Positions 8,127-15,742 of a stretch of DNA of 33,450 nucleotides are shown in pieces. Origin of the DNA: Patescibacteria group bacterium (GTDB lineage Bacteria > Patescibacteriota > Patescibacteriia > 2-12-FULL-60-25); contig JAHIUG010000010.1 of assembly GCA_018817245.1 (NCBI GenBank), positions 1 to 33,450 of the forward strand. The letters run 5' to 3'. Each line of letters opens with the position of its first letter. The first letter of the stretch is position 1. Both the position numbers and the translations under genes were made by a program. Under the pieces are notes generated by a model. The model was not told the DNA's origin. It ran no database searches and was given only the letters and a program-made list of their open reading frames with translations.

Positions 8127-8163
8127 TCACCCTGTTTTATGCTTTCAGACAGGGTGTTTTTTT
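8127..8163 (+). terminator. rho-independent terminator
   Basis: TCACCCTG pairs with CAGGGTG around a ~14-nt loop, followed by T7. Confidence 0.75.
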
Positions 8164-8174
8164 AGATTATCAGT

Positions 8175-8195
8175 ACTAGTCACTTAGTGACTAGT
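8175..8195. repeat. perfect 9-bp palindrome ACTAGTCAC-TTA-GTGACTAGT at the edge of the AT-rich islet
   Basis: Read directly. It lies between two convergent gene ends. Confidence 0.8.
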
Positions 8196-8206
8196 ATGTA
8201 TAGATT

Positions 8207-8608
8207 TTATTTCTTGCAATATTTCTTCTTAAAATCTTCCTCATCTCCGTATTTTGCGAAATTTTTATGGTGCTCGGGCGGTACAAAATCTTTTGAACTT
8301 TCATGTTGGATTCCGCACCAATATCGTTCGGTCTCTCCAGCTATCTTTACCCAATACTGAAGAACGCCATTTGCATATCCGCAATAAACGCAATAAACTT
8401 TCTGAAAGAAGTTTAGATATTTCAACTTGTGGCGGTCGATTTTTATGAAGCTACTTCTCTTCACATATGGCAGACCATATAGTGGAAAGCAGATGCGATG
8501 ATATATTTCTGTCCAGATATCTAAAATAACAAGGGGAATGATACACGATGTGACAAGCGGTATGGCAACAAAATGTTGTACAAATCTGTTGGTATTTTTT
8601 AAGTACAA
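8207..8608 (-). CDS. hypothetical membrane protein with a Cys cluster (133 aa)
   Basis: N-terminal hydrophobic helix, then CVYCGYANG...WCGIQHE. AT-rich coding sequence. Confidence 0.6.
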   Translation of the reverse strand: MYLKNTNRFVQHFVAIPLVTSCIIPLVILDIWTEIYHRICFPLYGLPYVKRSSFIKIDRHKLKYLNFFQKVYCVYCGYANGVLQYWVKIAGETERYWCGIQHESSKDFVPPEHHKNFAKYGDEEDFKKKYCKK

Positions 8609-8656
8609 TATAACCTACACATCATATATGGTGCGTGGATTAATAGATAGGGTAAT

Positions 8657-9145
8657 TTATACTTTCGCAAAAAGTACTGTGTAATTATGCCCCACTTCTT
8701 TTGCACACTTTGGACAATATGCATAGTGGACATAGTATTTTTTAGATTTTTTCCCTTTGCCAGATAAATATTCATCCATCACTTTTAGGAATTTCGGTAT
8801 TGAATTGTATGGCCCGTCAAATACTTTGGCCATGAATGTACCAGAAATAGCGACGTTATTAGCACTAGGAACATCACCGGTTACAGAAAAGAATAATTCA
8901 GATTTAAATGGGGATGGATCAGTAAACAAAACCAAGACATCTTGTTTGTTTACTTCCACCATTTTTACTTCGTCCGCAGCCTTCCACATTTTTGTGATCT
9001 TCTTTCCAATCATAGGAGGAAAAGGGATGTGGAACAGCGTAGGAATTGTTTCCTTAATGAATTTTTTGTTGTTCCACGTGTGAGTTTTTTCATCCCATTT
9101 AGAAGGATCGAATACGGGGCAGCATTCCTTATTTGTATTTGTCAT
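8657..9145 (-). CDS. conserved hypothetical protein (162 aa) with an N-terminal CCP-x-FDP-x-KWD motif and a C-terminal CPKC
   Basis: The pattern CCPVFDPSKWD...YAYCPKCAKEVGHNYTVLFAKV recalls an uncharacterised family I remember from anaerobes and methanogens. Function unknown. Confidence 0.65.
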   Translation of the reverse strand: MTNTNKECCPVFDPSKWDEKTHTWNNKKFIKETIPTLFHIPFPPMIGKKITKMWKAADEVKMVEVNKQDVLVLFTDPSPFKSELFFSVTGDVPSANNVAISGTFMAKVFDGPYNSIPKFLKVMDEYLSGKGKKSKKYYVHYAYCPKCAKEVGHNYTVLFAKV

Positions 9146-9149
9146 ATGC

Positions 9150-9776
9150 TTATATTAATTTAAATAATTTCTTTAATTCATTCCAAGAAATAACTTTTGC
9201 CCAATTTAATAAAGGAGGATTACTTAGAATCATTTTTGTCTCTTTTTGATTTCCCGAATATGTATCAACCGCTTCTTTTAATATTTTAACTCTATAACCG
9301 CGCCATTTTAATTCCTGTGCCGTACAAAGCACGCAACAATCAATTGTTAAACCGATTAAGATAACTTCGTCCACTTCTTCGGGTTTACCAATTGTAGAGT
9401 TTAACCATTTTGTAAAAGCTTCAGGATCTTGGTATGGAAGCCCGGGTTTTTTATTTGGATCGCCAATATTCTTTCTTGTCCAAATTGGAGAATTCATGCA
9501 CTTCACCCAGACATTTTTCAATTTTACATCTTCTGGAATTTCGGAAATATAACCATCCTCACCCGGACAAGTGGAATCATCAAGATCACCTGGGCGCGGT
9601 TGTCGGTAATCTGAAATGATTTCAGCAACTTTAATATTGTGTTTTCTTAAAAAAGGTACAAGAGTTTTTTTGATAAAATCTACGTTTGGATGTGGCCTGT
9701 AATGTTTACCGCCTTTAGCACTAAATTCTTTCTGGAAATCTACTGAAATGATTTTTGTACTTGTCATATAATCCAT
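9150..9776 (-). CDS. isochorismatase-family (cysteine) hydrolase (208 aa)
   Basis: Catalytic Asp context ISVDFQKEF and catalytic Cys context LIGLTIDCCVLCTAQEL. Lies 4 bp upstream of the previous gene, so probably one operon. Confidence 0.7.
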   Translation of the reverse strand: MDYMTSTKIISVDFQKEFSAKGGKHYRPHPNVDFIKKTLVPFLRKHNIKVAEIISDYRQPRPGDLDDSTCPGEDGYISEIPEDVKLKNVWVKCMNSPIWTRKNIGDPNKKPGLPYQDPEAFTKWLNSTIGKPEEVDEVILIGLTIDCCVLCTAQELKWRGYRVKILKEAVDTYSGNQKETKMILSNPPLLNWAKVISWNELKKLFKLI

Positions 9777-9795
9777 TCATTTTATAGGAAGGGAG

Positions 9796-10671
9796 ATGGT
9801 TCTCCAAGCTAGTGCATTTTTCCCCACATTGAGTTATCATCGTGGCATGCAAGAAAAGGACGTGGAGAAGAGCAAAACATGGATCCGCCTAGAGTGGATT
9901 TCTATTGTTTATTTAGCACTTTTTGTACTTGCGGTTTTATCTCCATCCCTGGTCGCGCGAGACCTTTTTGGGATTCAGGAGCGGCATGTGGAAGAAATAC
10001 TTATTTTTCTGTTTGGAATCACGGGATTAGCAACCTTTTCCATCTATCAACGCTACATGGAAAAAAGCGAGAAGGAGCACCAGGATGCCAGAAATGAATA
10101 TGATCGTGCTAAGCGCGAATTGGTAGAATCGTACAAATATATAGGATCGTTAAATCGGCAGATTGATGTGCTAAAAGGTTTGGCAAATAAAACATCAGTA
10201 GAACTCGTAAAGAGCGACTACTTGAGCAAAGATCTGCTCACATCGTTGATCTCAAGTGCAGCAGCGAGCGCCGGGGCTCAAACTGCGCTCATACGTTATG
10301 TAGATCTTAAAACTTTGCGCACTCACAACGAGGTATTCCATACTTTGGAAAAAGCTGAGGTCATGAGAGTTTCAAATAAAGTATTGAGACGTATACATGA
10401 AGAAGGAGTTTCGCATTCTTTTTTGCAAGATGAAAAGGGGAGTGAGATTTTGGTAATTCCATCAGATCAGCACAGTAAATGTATTAAGGCTTATATTTTG
10501 ATTGCTTATGATCGCAACAAGGGCGCGAGCATTGATATATCTTTGCTTAAAGTTTTTGCTAATCAGGCTGAGTTGTTGCATCATGCGTTAGATAAGCAGT
10601 CAAATGAAACAACAGATCCTATTGAGCTAGTAGAGCAGACAGAGAAGCAGGTTTCTGGTGAGGTATCATAG
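9796..10671 (+). CDS. membrane protein with coiled-coil and GAF-like C-terminal region (291 aa)
   Basis: Two predicted TM helices, then a charged helix and a ~150-aa alpha/beta region. The start is uncertain: ATG 9796 has AGGAAGGGAG upstream, and ATG 9847 is the alternative. Confidence 0.6.
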   Translation: MVLQASAFFPTLSYHRGMQEKDVEKSKTWIRLEWISIVYLALFVLAVLSPSLVARDLFGIQERHVEEILIFLFGITGLATFSIYQRYMEKSEKEHQDARNEYDRAKRELVESYKYIGSLNRQIDVLKGLANKTSVELVKSDYLSKDLLTSLISSAAASAGAQTALIRYVDLKTLRTHNEVFHTLEKAEVMRVSNKVLRRIHEEGVSHSFLQDEKGSEILVIPSDQHSKCIKAYILIAYDRNKGASIDISLLKVFANQAELLHHALDKQSNETTDPIELVEQTEKQVSGEVS

Positions 10672-10674
10672 AAT

Positions 10675-10874
10675 TGTCATCTCGACTGGAGCGTAGGGAC
10701 ATCATTTAACGTTCCGAAGCGTAACGGAGAGATCTTTTTAGAAGGATTTCTCCGCTTCGCATTCGCTACGGTCGAAATGACAGATAGAAGGATTTCTCCG
10801 CTTCGCATTCGCTACGGTCGAAATGACAGATAGAAGGATTTCTCCGCTTCGCATTCGCTACGGTCGAAATGACA
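10675..10874. repeat. TGTCAT...ATGACA element with one left arm and three tandem 46-bp right arms
   Basis: Left arm TGTCATCTCGACTGGAGCGTAGG starts at 10675. GATTTCTCCGCTTCGCATTCGCTACGGTCGAAATGACA starts at 10745, 10791 and 10837, giving an exact 46-bp period. Confidence 0.9.
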
Positions 10875-10918
10875 GTATGTTCTCTTGTTCTTTTGTTCTT
10901 TTGTGTTAATCTAGACCA

Positions 10919-12793
10919 ATGCTTACATCAGAATTACGCCAAAAATACTTGGATTTTTTTAAGGAAAAGGGGCACTCAATAATTCCCTCGGCTTCTTTGA
11001 TTCCAAAAGAAGATCCAACTGTGCTTTTTACAACCGCTGGAATGCAGCAGTTGGTTCCATATTTTATAGGTAAATCACATCCTATGGGCAATCGCTTGAC
11101 CGATGTTCAGAAGTGTATTCGAACTGTCGATATCGATGAAGTGGGGGACAATCGTCATCTCACATTTTTTGAGATGCTGGGTAACTGGTCTTTGGGAGAT
11201 TATTTTAAACAAGAAGCAATTACGTGGTCATTTGAATTTTTAACTGATGAAAAGTGGCTCGCCCTAGATCCGAAGAAGTTATTTGTCACTGTGTTCGCAG
11301 GAGATAAGGACGCGCCAAAAGACGAGGAGTCCATTGGTATTTGGCAGGCGCAGTTTCAAATGCAGGGGATTTCAGCTGAGATAGGCAAGCCAGGTAAAGA
11401 TGAGCCAACGGACGGTAAAGAAGGTGCGCGTATCTATTCATACGGTAAAAAAGAAAATTGGTGGGGGCCAATTGGAGAGACTGGACCATGCGGACCAAAC
11501 TCGGAAATGTTCTATGACACAGGTCGCAAGCACGATCCGGATTTTGGAAAAGTTTGCCATCCCAATTGCGATTGCGGTCGTTTTGTTGAGATTTGGAATG
11601 ACGTCTTTTTGGTACATGAAAAGAAAGCCGATGGTTCATTTGGGCCGCTCAAACAAAAGAATGTTGATACTGGAATGGGGCTGGAAAGAACAGCAGCCAT
11701 GTTGCAGGGCAAAGATACGGTTTTTGAAATCGAGACTTTTGCGGGGATTTTTGACGCGCTCGCAACTCTATCCGGAATAAAATACGAACCGGAAACGCCA
11801 AATGCGAAAAGCGAAGTGCAAAAAGCGAACAAATCTCTTCGAATAATCGCTGATCATCTGCGCGCTGCCACGTTTATCATTGGAGATGAAAACGGCGCAG
11901 TTCCGTCTAATGTAGGGCAGGGATACATTGTTCGAAGATTGGTGCGCCGTGCAATTCGCGAAGGACGGCGTTTGGGAATCGACAAAGCGTTTACAGATAA
12001 AGTGGCGTTGGTTGTGATTGGCGAGTTTGGATATCACTATAAAGAGCTGGAGACGAATAAAGATCGCGTCATATCTGAACTGAAAAAAGAGGAAGAGAAA
12101 TTTGGCACAACATTAGAAAAGGGACTTAAAGAATTTGAGAAGATGATGAAAGATCATGTTATAGATGGCAAAGAGGCATTTATTCTTTTCTCCACATACG
12201 GATTTCCGCTCGAGCTTACACAGGAATTGGTGGGGGAGAATGGCGGTAACTTGGATATTGCCGAGTTTAAAAAAGAATTTGAAAAACATCAGGAGCTTTC
12301 CAGAACTGCGAGCGCAGGAATGTTTAAGGGCGGGCTTGCAGATCATTCGGAGGAAACAACGCGTTTGCACACAGCAACACATCTTTTGCATAAAGCTTTG
12401 CGGCAGGTTTTGGGAGATGATGTTGCGCAAAAAGGTTCAAACATCACAGCTGAGCGTTTGCGATTTGATTTTACTTATGGAGAAAAAATGACGCCCGAGC
12501 AGATTAAGGAAGTTGAGAATCTGGTGAATGAAGCGATTAAAAAAGATTTACCTGTGAGATTCGAAGAGATGAGTGTTGAACAGGCTAAAGGCGTAGGAGC
12601 GGTTGGGCTTTTTGAATCAAAATACGGAGATAAAGTAAAAGTTTATTTTGTTGGCGAAGATAAGGATGCGTTTTCAGTCGAGATCTGCGGCGGCCCTCAC
12701 GTGGCGCGTACGAGCGAGCTCGGTTCGTTTAAAATCTTAAAAGAAGAATCCGCATCTGCAGGGATACGAAGGATAAAAGCTACTTTGTCCTAA
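10919..12793 (+). CDS. alaS: alanine--tRNA ligase, short form (624 aa) lacking the C-Ala domain
   Basis: N-terminus LRQKYLDFFKEKGHSIIPSASLIP...FTTAGMQQ, plus FEMLGNWSFGDY-like and WGP...GPCGP blocks. Editing-site motifs HTATHLLHKAL and CGGPHV. The ORF stops ~30 aa after the editing domain. Confidence 0.93.
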   Translation: MLTSELRQKYLDFFKEKGHSIIPSASLIPKEDPTVLFTTAGMQQLVPYFIGKSHPMGNRLTDVQKCIRTVDIDEVGDNRHLTFFEMLGNWSLGDYFKQEAITWSFEFLTDEKWLALDPKKLFVTVFAGDKDAPKDEESIGIWQAQFQMQGISAEIGKPGKDEPTDGKEGARIYSYGKKENWWGPIGETGPCGPNSEMFYDTGRKHDPDFGKVCHPNCDCGRFVEIWNDVFLVHEKKADGSFGPLKQKNVDTGMGLERTAAMLQGKDTVFEIETFAGIFDALATLSGIKYEPETPNAKSEVQKANKSLRIIADHLRAATFIIGDENGAVPSNVGQGYIVRRLVRRAIREGRRLGIDKAFTDKVALVVIGEFGYHYKELETNKDRVISELKKEEEKFGTTLEKGLKEFEKMMKDHVIDGKEAFILFSTYGFPLELTQELVGENGGNLDIAEFKKEFEKHQELSRTASAGMFKGGLADHSEETTRLHTATHLLHKALRQVLGDDVAQKGSNITAERLRFDFTYGEKMTPEQIKEVENLVNEAIKKDLPVRFEEMSVEQAKGVGAVGLFESKYGDKVKVYFVGEDKDAFSVEICGGPHVARTSELGSFKILKEESASAGIRRIKATLS

Positions 12794-12835
12794 AACCCAT
12801 AGCCTGGAACCTATATCCCGTAACTCGTAACGCAT

Positions 12836-12968
12836 CTGTCATCCCGTACATATATCTTACAGTTACGGGATCCAGAACAAATTAAAACTTCTGATTTCAG
12901 ATTACGAGTCTTTATGATTGACCTTTCCGTCTTTTTTGTTATACAAAGAATGATGTACGGGATGACAG
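12836..12968. repeat. TGTCAT...ATGACA element, second subfamily (15-bp perfect terminal inverted repeats)
   Basis: CTGTCATCCCGTACA (12836-12850) and TGTACGGGATGACAG (12954-12968). A nested hairpin ATCCCGTA...TACGGGAT lies inside. Confidence 0.85.
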
Positions 12969-13027
12969 TGGAGTGCTAAAATATGGCGCACGTGTACAAA
13001 TTCCAAATTTCAAACTAGGGGGAAATA

Positions 13028-13399
13028 GTGACTCAAAAACTCACGTTAGTCATTCTCATTGCTCTTTCACTCACGCTTGGATGCAAATCCTACGTGCAAA
13101 TCGTGGCACCTGTGAATGTGCCTATCAACTCTTCTGATGTGGATCCGGACGGTGGTCAAGCGCCGGCCGAGGTAGTGAAACTGCCAGAGTTCAAAAAGAA
13201 GCAGACTCAGCCGCTAGTGCACGAAATTGTTTTCCAGTCTGAGAATCTGCCTCCAAAGAGCGAAAGCATTTTACTTGGTGGTTTCATGATTGGATTTGGA
13301 GAGATGATCGTGTCTGAAGACGATCCATTGTTTCAACAATTGATGCATCCAGTTTCAAGCCAGGCCCCAGTCATAAACGATCTTCAAGGTCCTTTCTAG
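13028..13399 (+). CDS. small putative lipoprotein (123 aa), orphan
   Basis: GTG start with SD AGGGGGA. Signal peptide ending in LTLGC (lipobox-like). Own terminator. Confidence 0.6.
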   Translation: MTQKLTLVILIALSLTLGCKSYVQIVAPVNVPINSSDVDPDGGQAPAEVVKLPEFKKKQTQPLVHEIVFQSENLPPKSESILLGGFMIGFGEMIVSEDDPLFQQLMHPVSSQAPVINDLQGPF

Positions 13400-13423
13400 G
13401 GGCTTACGCCCACAGAATCTTTT

Positions 13424-13453
13424 AAGCAATGTGTCAAGCACGTTGCTTTTTTT
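13424..13453 (+). terminator. rho-independent terminator
   Basis: AAGCAATGTG pairs with CACGTTGCTT (one G-U pair) around a 5-nt loop, followed by a T run. Confidence 0.7.
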
Positions 13454-13480
13454 GACTAATCTGCTCAACTTAGCTATAAT
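13452..13480 (+). promoter_or_regulatory. near-consensus sigma70 promoter of the infA-ribosomal protein block
   Basis: TTGACT (13452-13457), an exact 17-nt spacer, then TATAAT (13475-13480). Confidence 0.7.
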
Positions 13481-13540
13481 CCCGGCATTATTATTGTGGA
13501 TAACATATATCTTAAATCATGATCAAAACACCAAGTTTCT

Positions 13541-13774
13541 ATGGCAGCTAAGCCCACATCTCCAAATAAAGAATTTATTGTATTAAAAGCTGTAATCGAG
13601 GAGAGCTTACCGGGCGGAACGTTCAAGGTTAAGCTTGAAAATGGCCAAGAGATTTTGGCTCATTTATCAGGTAAAATGAGAAAGTTTCGTATCCGTTTAA
13701 CCCATGGCGACGAGGTGCAATTAGAGGTATCGCCCTACGATTTGACAAAAGGGCGTATTACTTATAGATTATAG
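13541..13774 (+). CDS. infA: translation initiation factor IF-1
   Basis: S1-like sequence [52 protein letters not shown]. Confidence 0.95.
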   Translation: MAAKPTSPNKEFIVLKAVIEESLPGGTFKVKLENGQEILAHLSGKMRKFRIRLTHGDEVQLEVSPYDLTKGRITYRL

Positions 13775-13841
13775 CCCGTTTGACGGCCCCATTTATTTAT
13801 GCAATACGGGGTCGTTAATGTCATTGTAAGAAGGATAATGT

Positions 13842-13958
13842 ATGAAAGTTAGATCCTCAGTTAAAAAAATTTGCCGAGATTGTCAGGTTGTGCGTCGCAA
13901 AGGACGACTTGTTGTGATTTGCAAAAAAAACCCCAGACATAAACAGAGACAAGGATAA
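13842..13958 (+). CDS. rpmJ: 50S ribosomal protein L36 (38 aa, below the ORF-track cutoff)
   Basis: My translation is [38 protein letters not shown], with canonical L36 sequence and position between infA and rpsM. Confidence 0.93.
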   Translation: MKVRSSVKKICRDCQVVRRKGRLVVICKKNPRHKQRQG

Positions 13959-13980
13959 TGTAATGATCAATGACGAAACC

Positions 13981-14021
13981 CGAATTACGAATTACGAATT
14001 ACGAATTACGAATTACGAATG
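13981..14021. repeat. tandem 7-mer array (CGAATTA x5.8)
   Basis: CGAATTACGAATTACGAATTACGAATTACGAATTACGAATG, read directly. Confidence 0.9.
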
Positions 14022-14098
14022 AATGGATGGATCGGAGAACAACTACCAACATTAGTCATTAGTAATTGGTAATTCGTCATTATCAACTAATAAAAAAT

Positions 14099-14485
14099 AT
14101 GGCACGAATCGCAGGAGTTACTTTACCGGCAAGAAAGCGCACAGACATAGCGCTTACTTATATTTACGGAATTGGCGACATTACCGCAAAAAAAATTATT
14201 GCTGAGGCCGGTGTATCTCCGGATGTGCGCGTGCAGGATCTAACAGAAATACAGGCCAACAAATTGCGTGAAGTGGTTGAGAAGAATTTTAGAGTGGAAG
14301 GTGAGCTTAAGCGCGAGGTTATGAGTAACATTAAGCGTTTGAAAGAAGTGGGATCCTATAGAGGAAGTCGACACACCCGGAATTTGCCGGCCAGAGGCCA
14401 GCGAACAAAGACAAATTCGCGAACAGTTCGCGGAAATGTTCGTAGAACAATGGGATCCGGTAAGAGAAAGCTTGAGAAGACATAA
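14099..14485 (+). CDS. rpsM: 30S ribosomal protein S13
   Basis: [26 protein letters not shown]... and the C-terminal basic tail. The ATG at 14099 gives the canonical N-terminus. Confidence 0.95.
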   Translation: MARIAGVTLPARKRTDIALTYIYGIGDITAKKIIAEAGVSPDVRVQDLTEIQANKLREVVEKNFRVEGELKREVMSNIKRLKEVGSYRGSRHTRNLPARGQRTKTNSRTVRGNVRRTMGSGKRKLEKT

Positions 14486-14516
14486 ACACATAGCACGTAA
14501 CACATAGCACGTAACA
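14485..14516. repeat. tandem 14-mer (AACACATAGCACGT x2.3)
   Basis: Read directly. The related word in opposite orientation occurs at ~29741-29758. Confidence 0.8.
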
Positions 14517-14530
14517 TAAATTCAAAAAAA

Positions 14531-15043
14531 ATGGAAGAAGAAATGAAACAACAAGAAATTACTGAGACGCAAGTCGATGAGCAGCCTGAAAAGGTTGTTG
14601 ATTCTTCATCTGCTGAAAAGGGCGGGGAATCGGAGACTGGCGGTAAGTCTAAATCCGCGAAAGCTCGATCTAAGAAAAAGTCTAAGGTCAAAAAGCAAGT
14701 TTCTCACGGTAAAGTTTACATACAAGCAACTTATAACAACACGATTATTTCGATTACTGATTTGAATGGAAATGTGCTTGCGTGGGGTAGCGCCGGATCA
14801 GTCGGTTTCAAAGGTCCAAAAAAAGCAACTCCATATGCGGCAACTGTTGTTGTGAAAAAGATTTCAGAAAAAGTTGAACCTTACGGTTTGCGCGAGGCTA
14901 ACATGTTTATTTCCGGCGTTGGATCAGGTCGTGAAGGAGCTATTCGCGCATTTAACGCGCAGGGTATAAATATTTTGACCATTAAAGATGTAACCCCTAT
15001 CCCGCATAACGGATGCCGTCCTCCAAGGCCACGTAGAGTCTAA
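14531..15043 (+). CDS. rpsK: 30S ribosomal protein S11 with a ~50-aa charged N-terminal extension
   Basis: Core GKVYIQATYNNTIISITDLNGNVLAWGSAG...TPIPHNGCRPPRPRRV, preceded by an acidic then basic low-complexity region. Confidence 0.93.
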   Translation: MEEEMKQQEITETQVDEQPEKVVDSSSAEKGGESETGGKSKSAKARSKKKSKVKKQVSHGKVYIQATYNNTIISITDLNGNVLAWGSAGSVGFKGPKKATPYAATVVVKKISEKVEPYGLREANMFISGVGSGREGAIRAFNAQGINILTIKDVTPIPHNGCRPPRPRRV

Positions 15044-15106
15044 ACACTAATTTTCAATTACCGATTTTTAACTTCCAAACATCATTCGTAATTTCGTAGA
15101 CCTGAT

Positions 15107-15718
15107 ATGAAAACTACAAAGCTGACTTGTAAAATGTGTAGACGCGAAGGCGTGTCTCTTTGTGGTAAGGACAATTGTGCGCAAAAACGCCGCCCTTATC
15201 CACCGGGTGTTCATGGCCCAACATCTCGAACACGTATGACTGATTATGGAAAACAGCTACGAGAAAAGCAGAAAGCTAAACGCATTTATGGTGTTTCAGA
15301 AAAACAATTCAACAATTATTACCAAAAAGCCATGAAAATGAAGGGGGATTCAGGTGAGAATTTGGTTCGATTGCTGGAAATGCGTTTGGACAACACGGTT
15401 TTTCGTGCGGGAATGGCAAAGACTCGCGCAGCTGCGAGACAGGCCGTATCACACGCGCACATTGAAGTGAACGGGAAAAGAGTAGATGTCGCATCGTATC
15501 AAGTGAAGACAGGCGATATTATTAAGGTTCGTGAGACAAAGAAAGAAAAAAGCACATGGAAAGCACTGGTAGAGGCAACTCAAAAAGCTGAGGTGCCATC
15601 TTGGGTTATTCTGGACACCGGTAATCTGGAAGCTAAGGTTACGGGTCAGCCTTCGAACGAGGAGTTGCAGCAGTCGCTGTTCAGTTCAAAACTTATCATT
15701 GAATTTTATTCTCGCTAA
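15107..15718 (+). CDS. rpsD: 30S ribosomal protein S4
   Basis: N-terminal Cys cluster CKMCRREG...C, the block YGKQLREKQKAKRIYG, and an S4 RNA-binding domain. Confidence 0.95.
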   Translation: MKTTKLTCKMCRREGVSLCGKDNCAQKRRPYPPGVHGPTSRTRMTDYGKQLREKQKAKRIYGVSEKQFNNYYQKAMKMKGDSGENLVRLLEMRLDNTVFRAGMAKTRAAARQAVSHAHIEVNGKRVDVASYQVKTGDIIKVRETKKEKSTWKALVEATQKAEVPSWVILDTGNLEAKVTGQPSNEELQQSLFSSKLIIEFYSR

Positions 15719-15742
15719 AGCCCTTAAGCTTCTTTATATACT

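Noticed and set aside
10745-10874. Three evenly spaced 38-bp repeats that could be mistaken for a small CRISPR array
   Set aside because: The units are separated by an identical 8-bp linker rather than unique spacers. They are the right arm of a TGTCAT palindromic element, and no cas genes are present.
10672-10918. T-box or other riboswitch in the long alaS leader
   Set aside because: The leader is fully accounted for by the palindromic element plus GTTC words. No specifier loop or T-box consensus is discernible.
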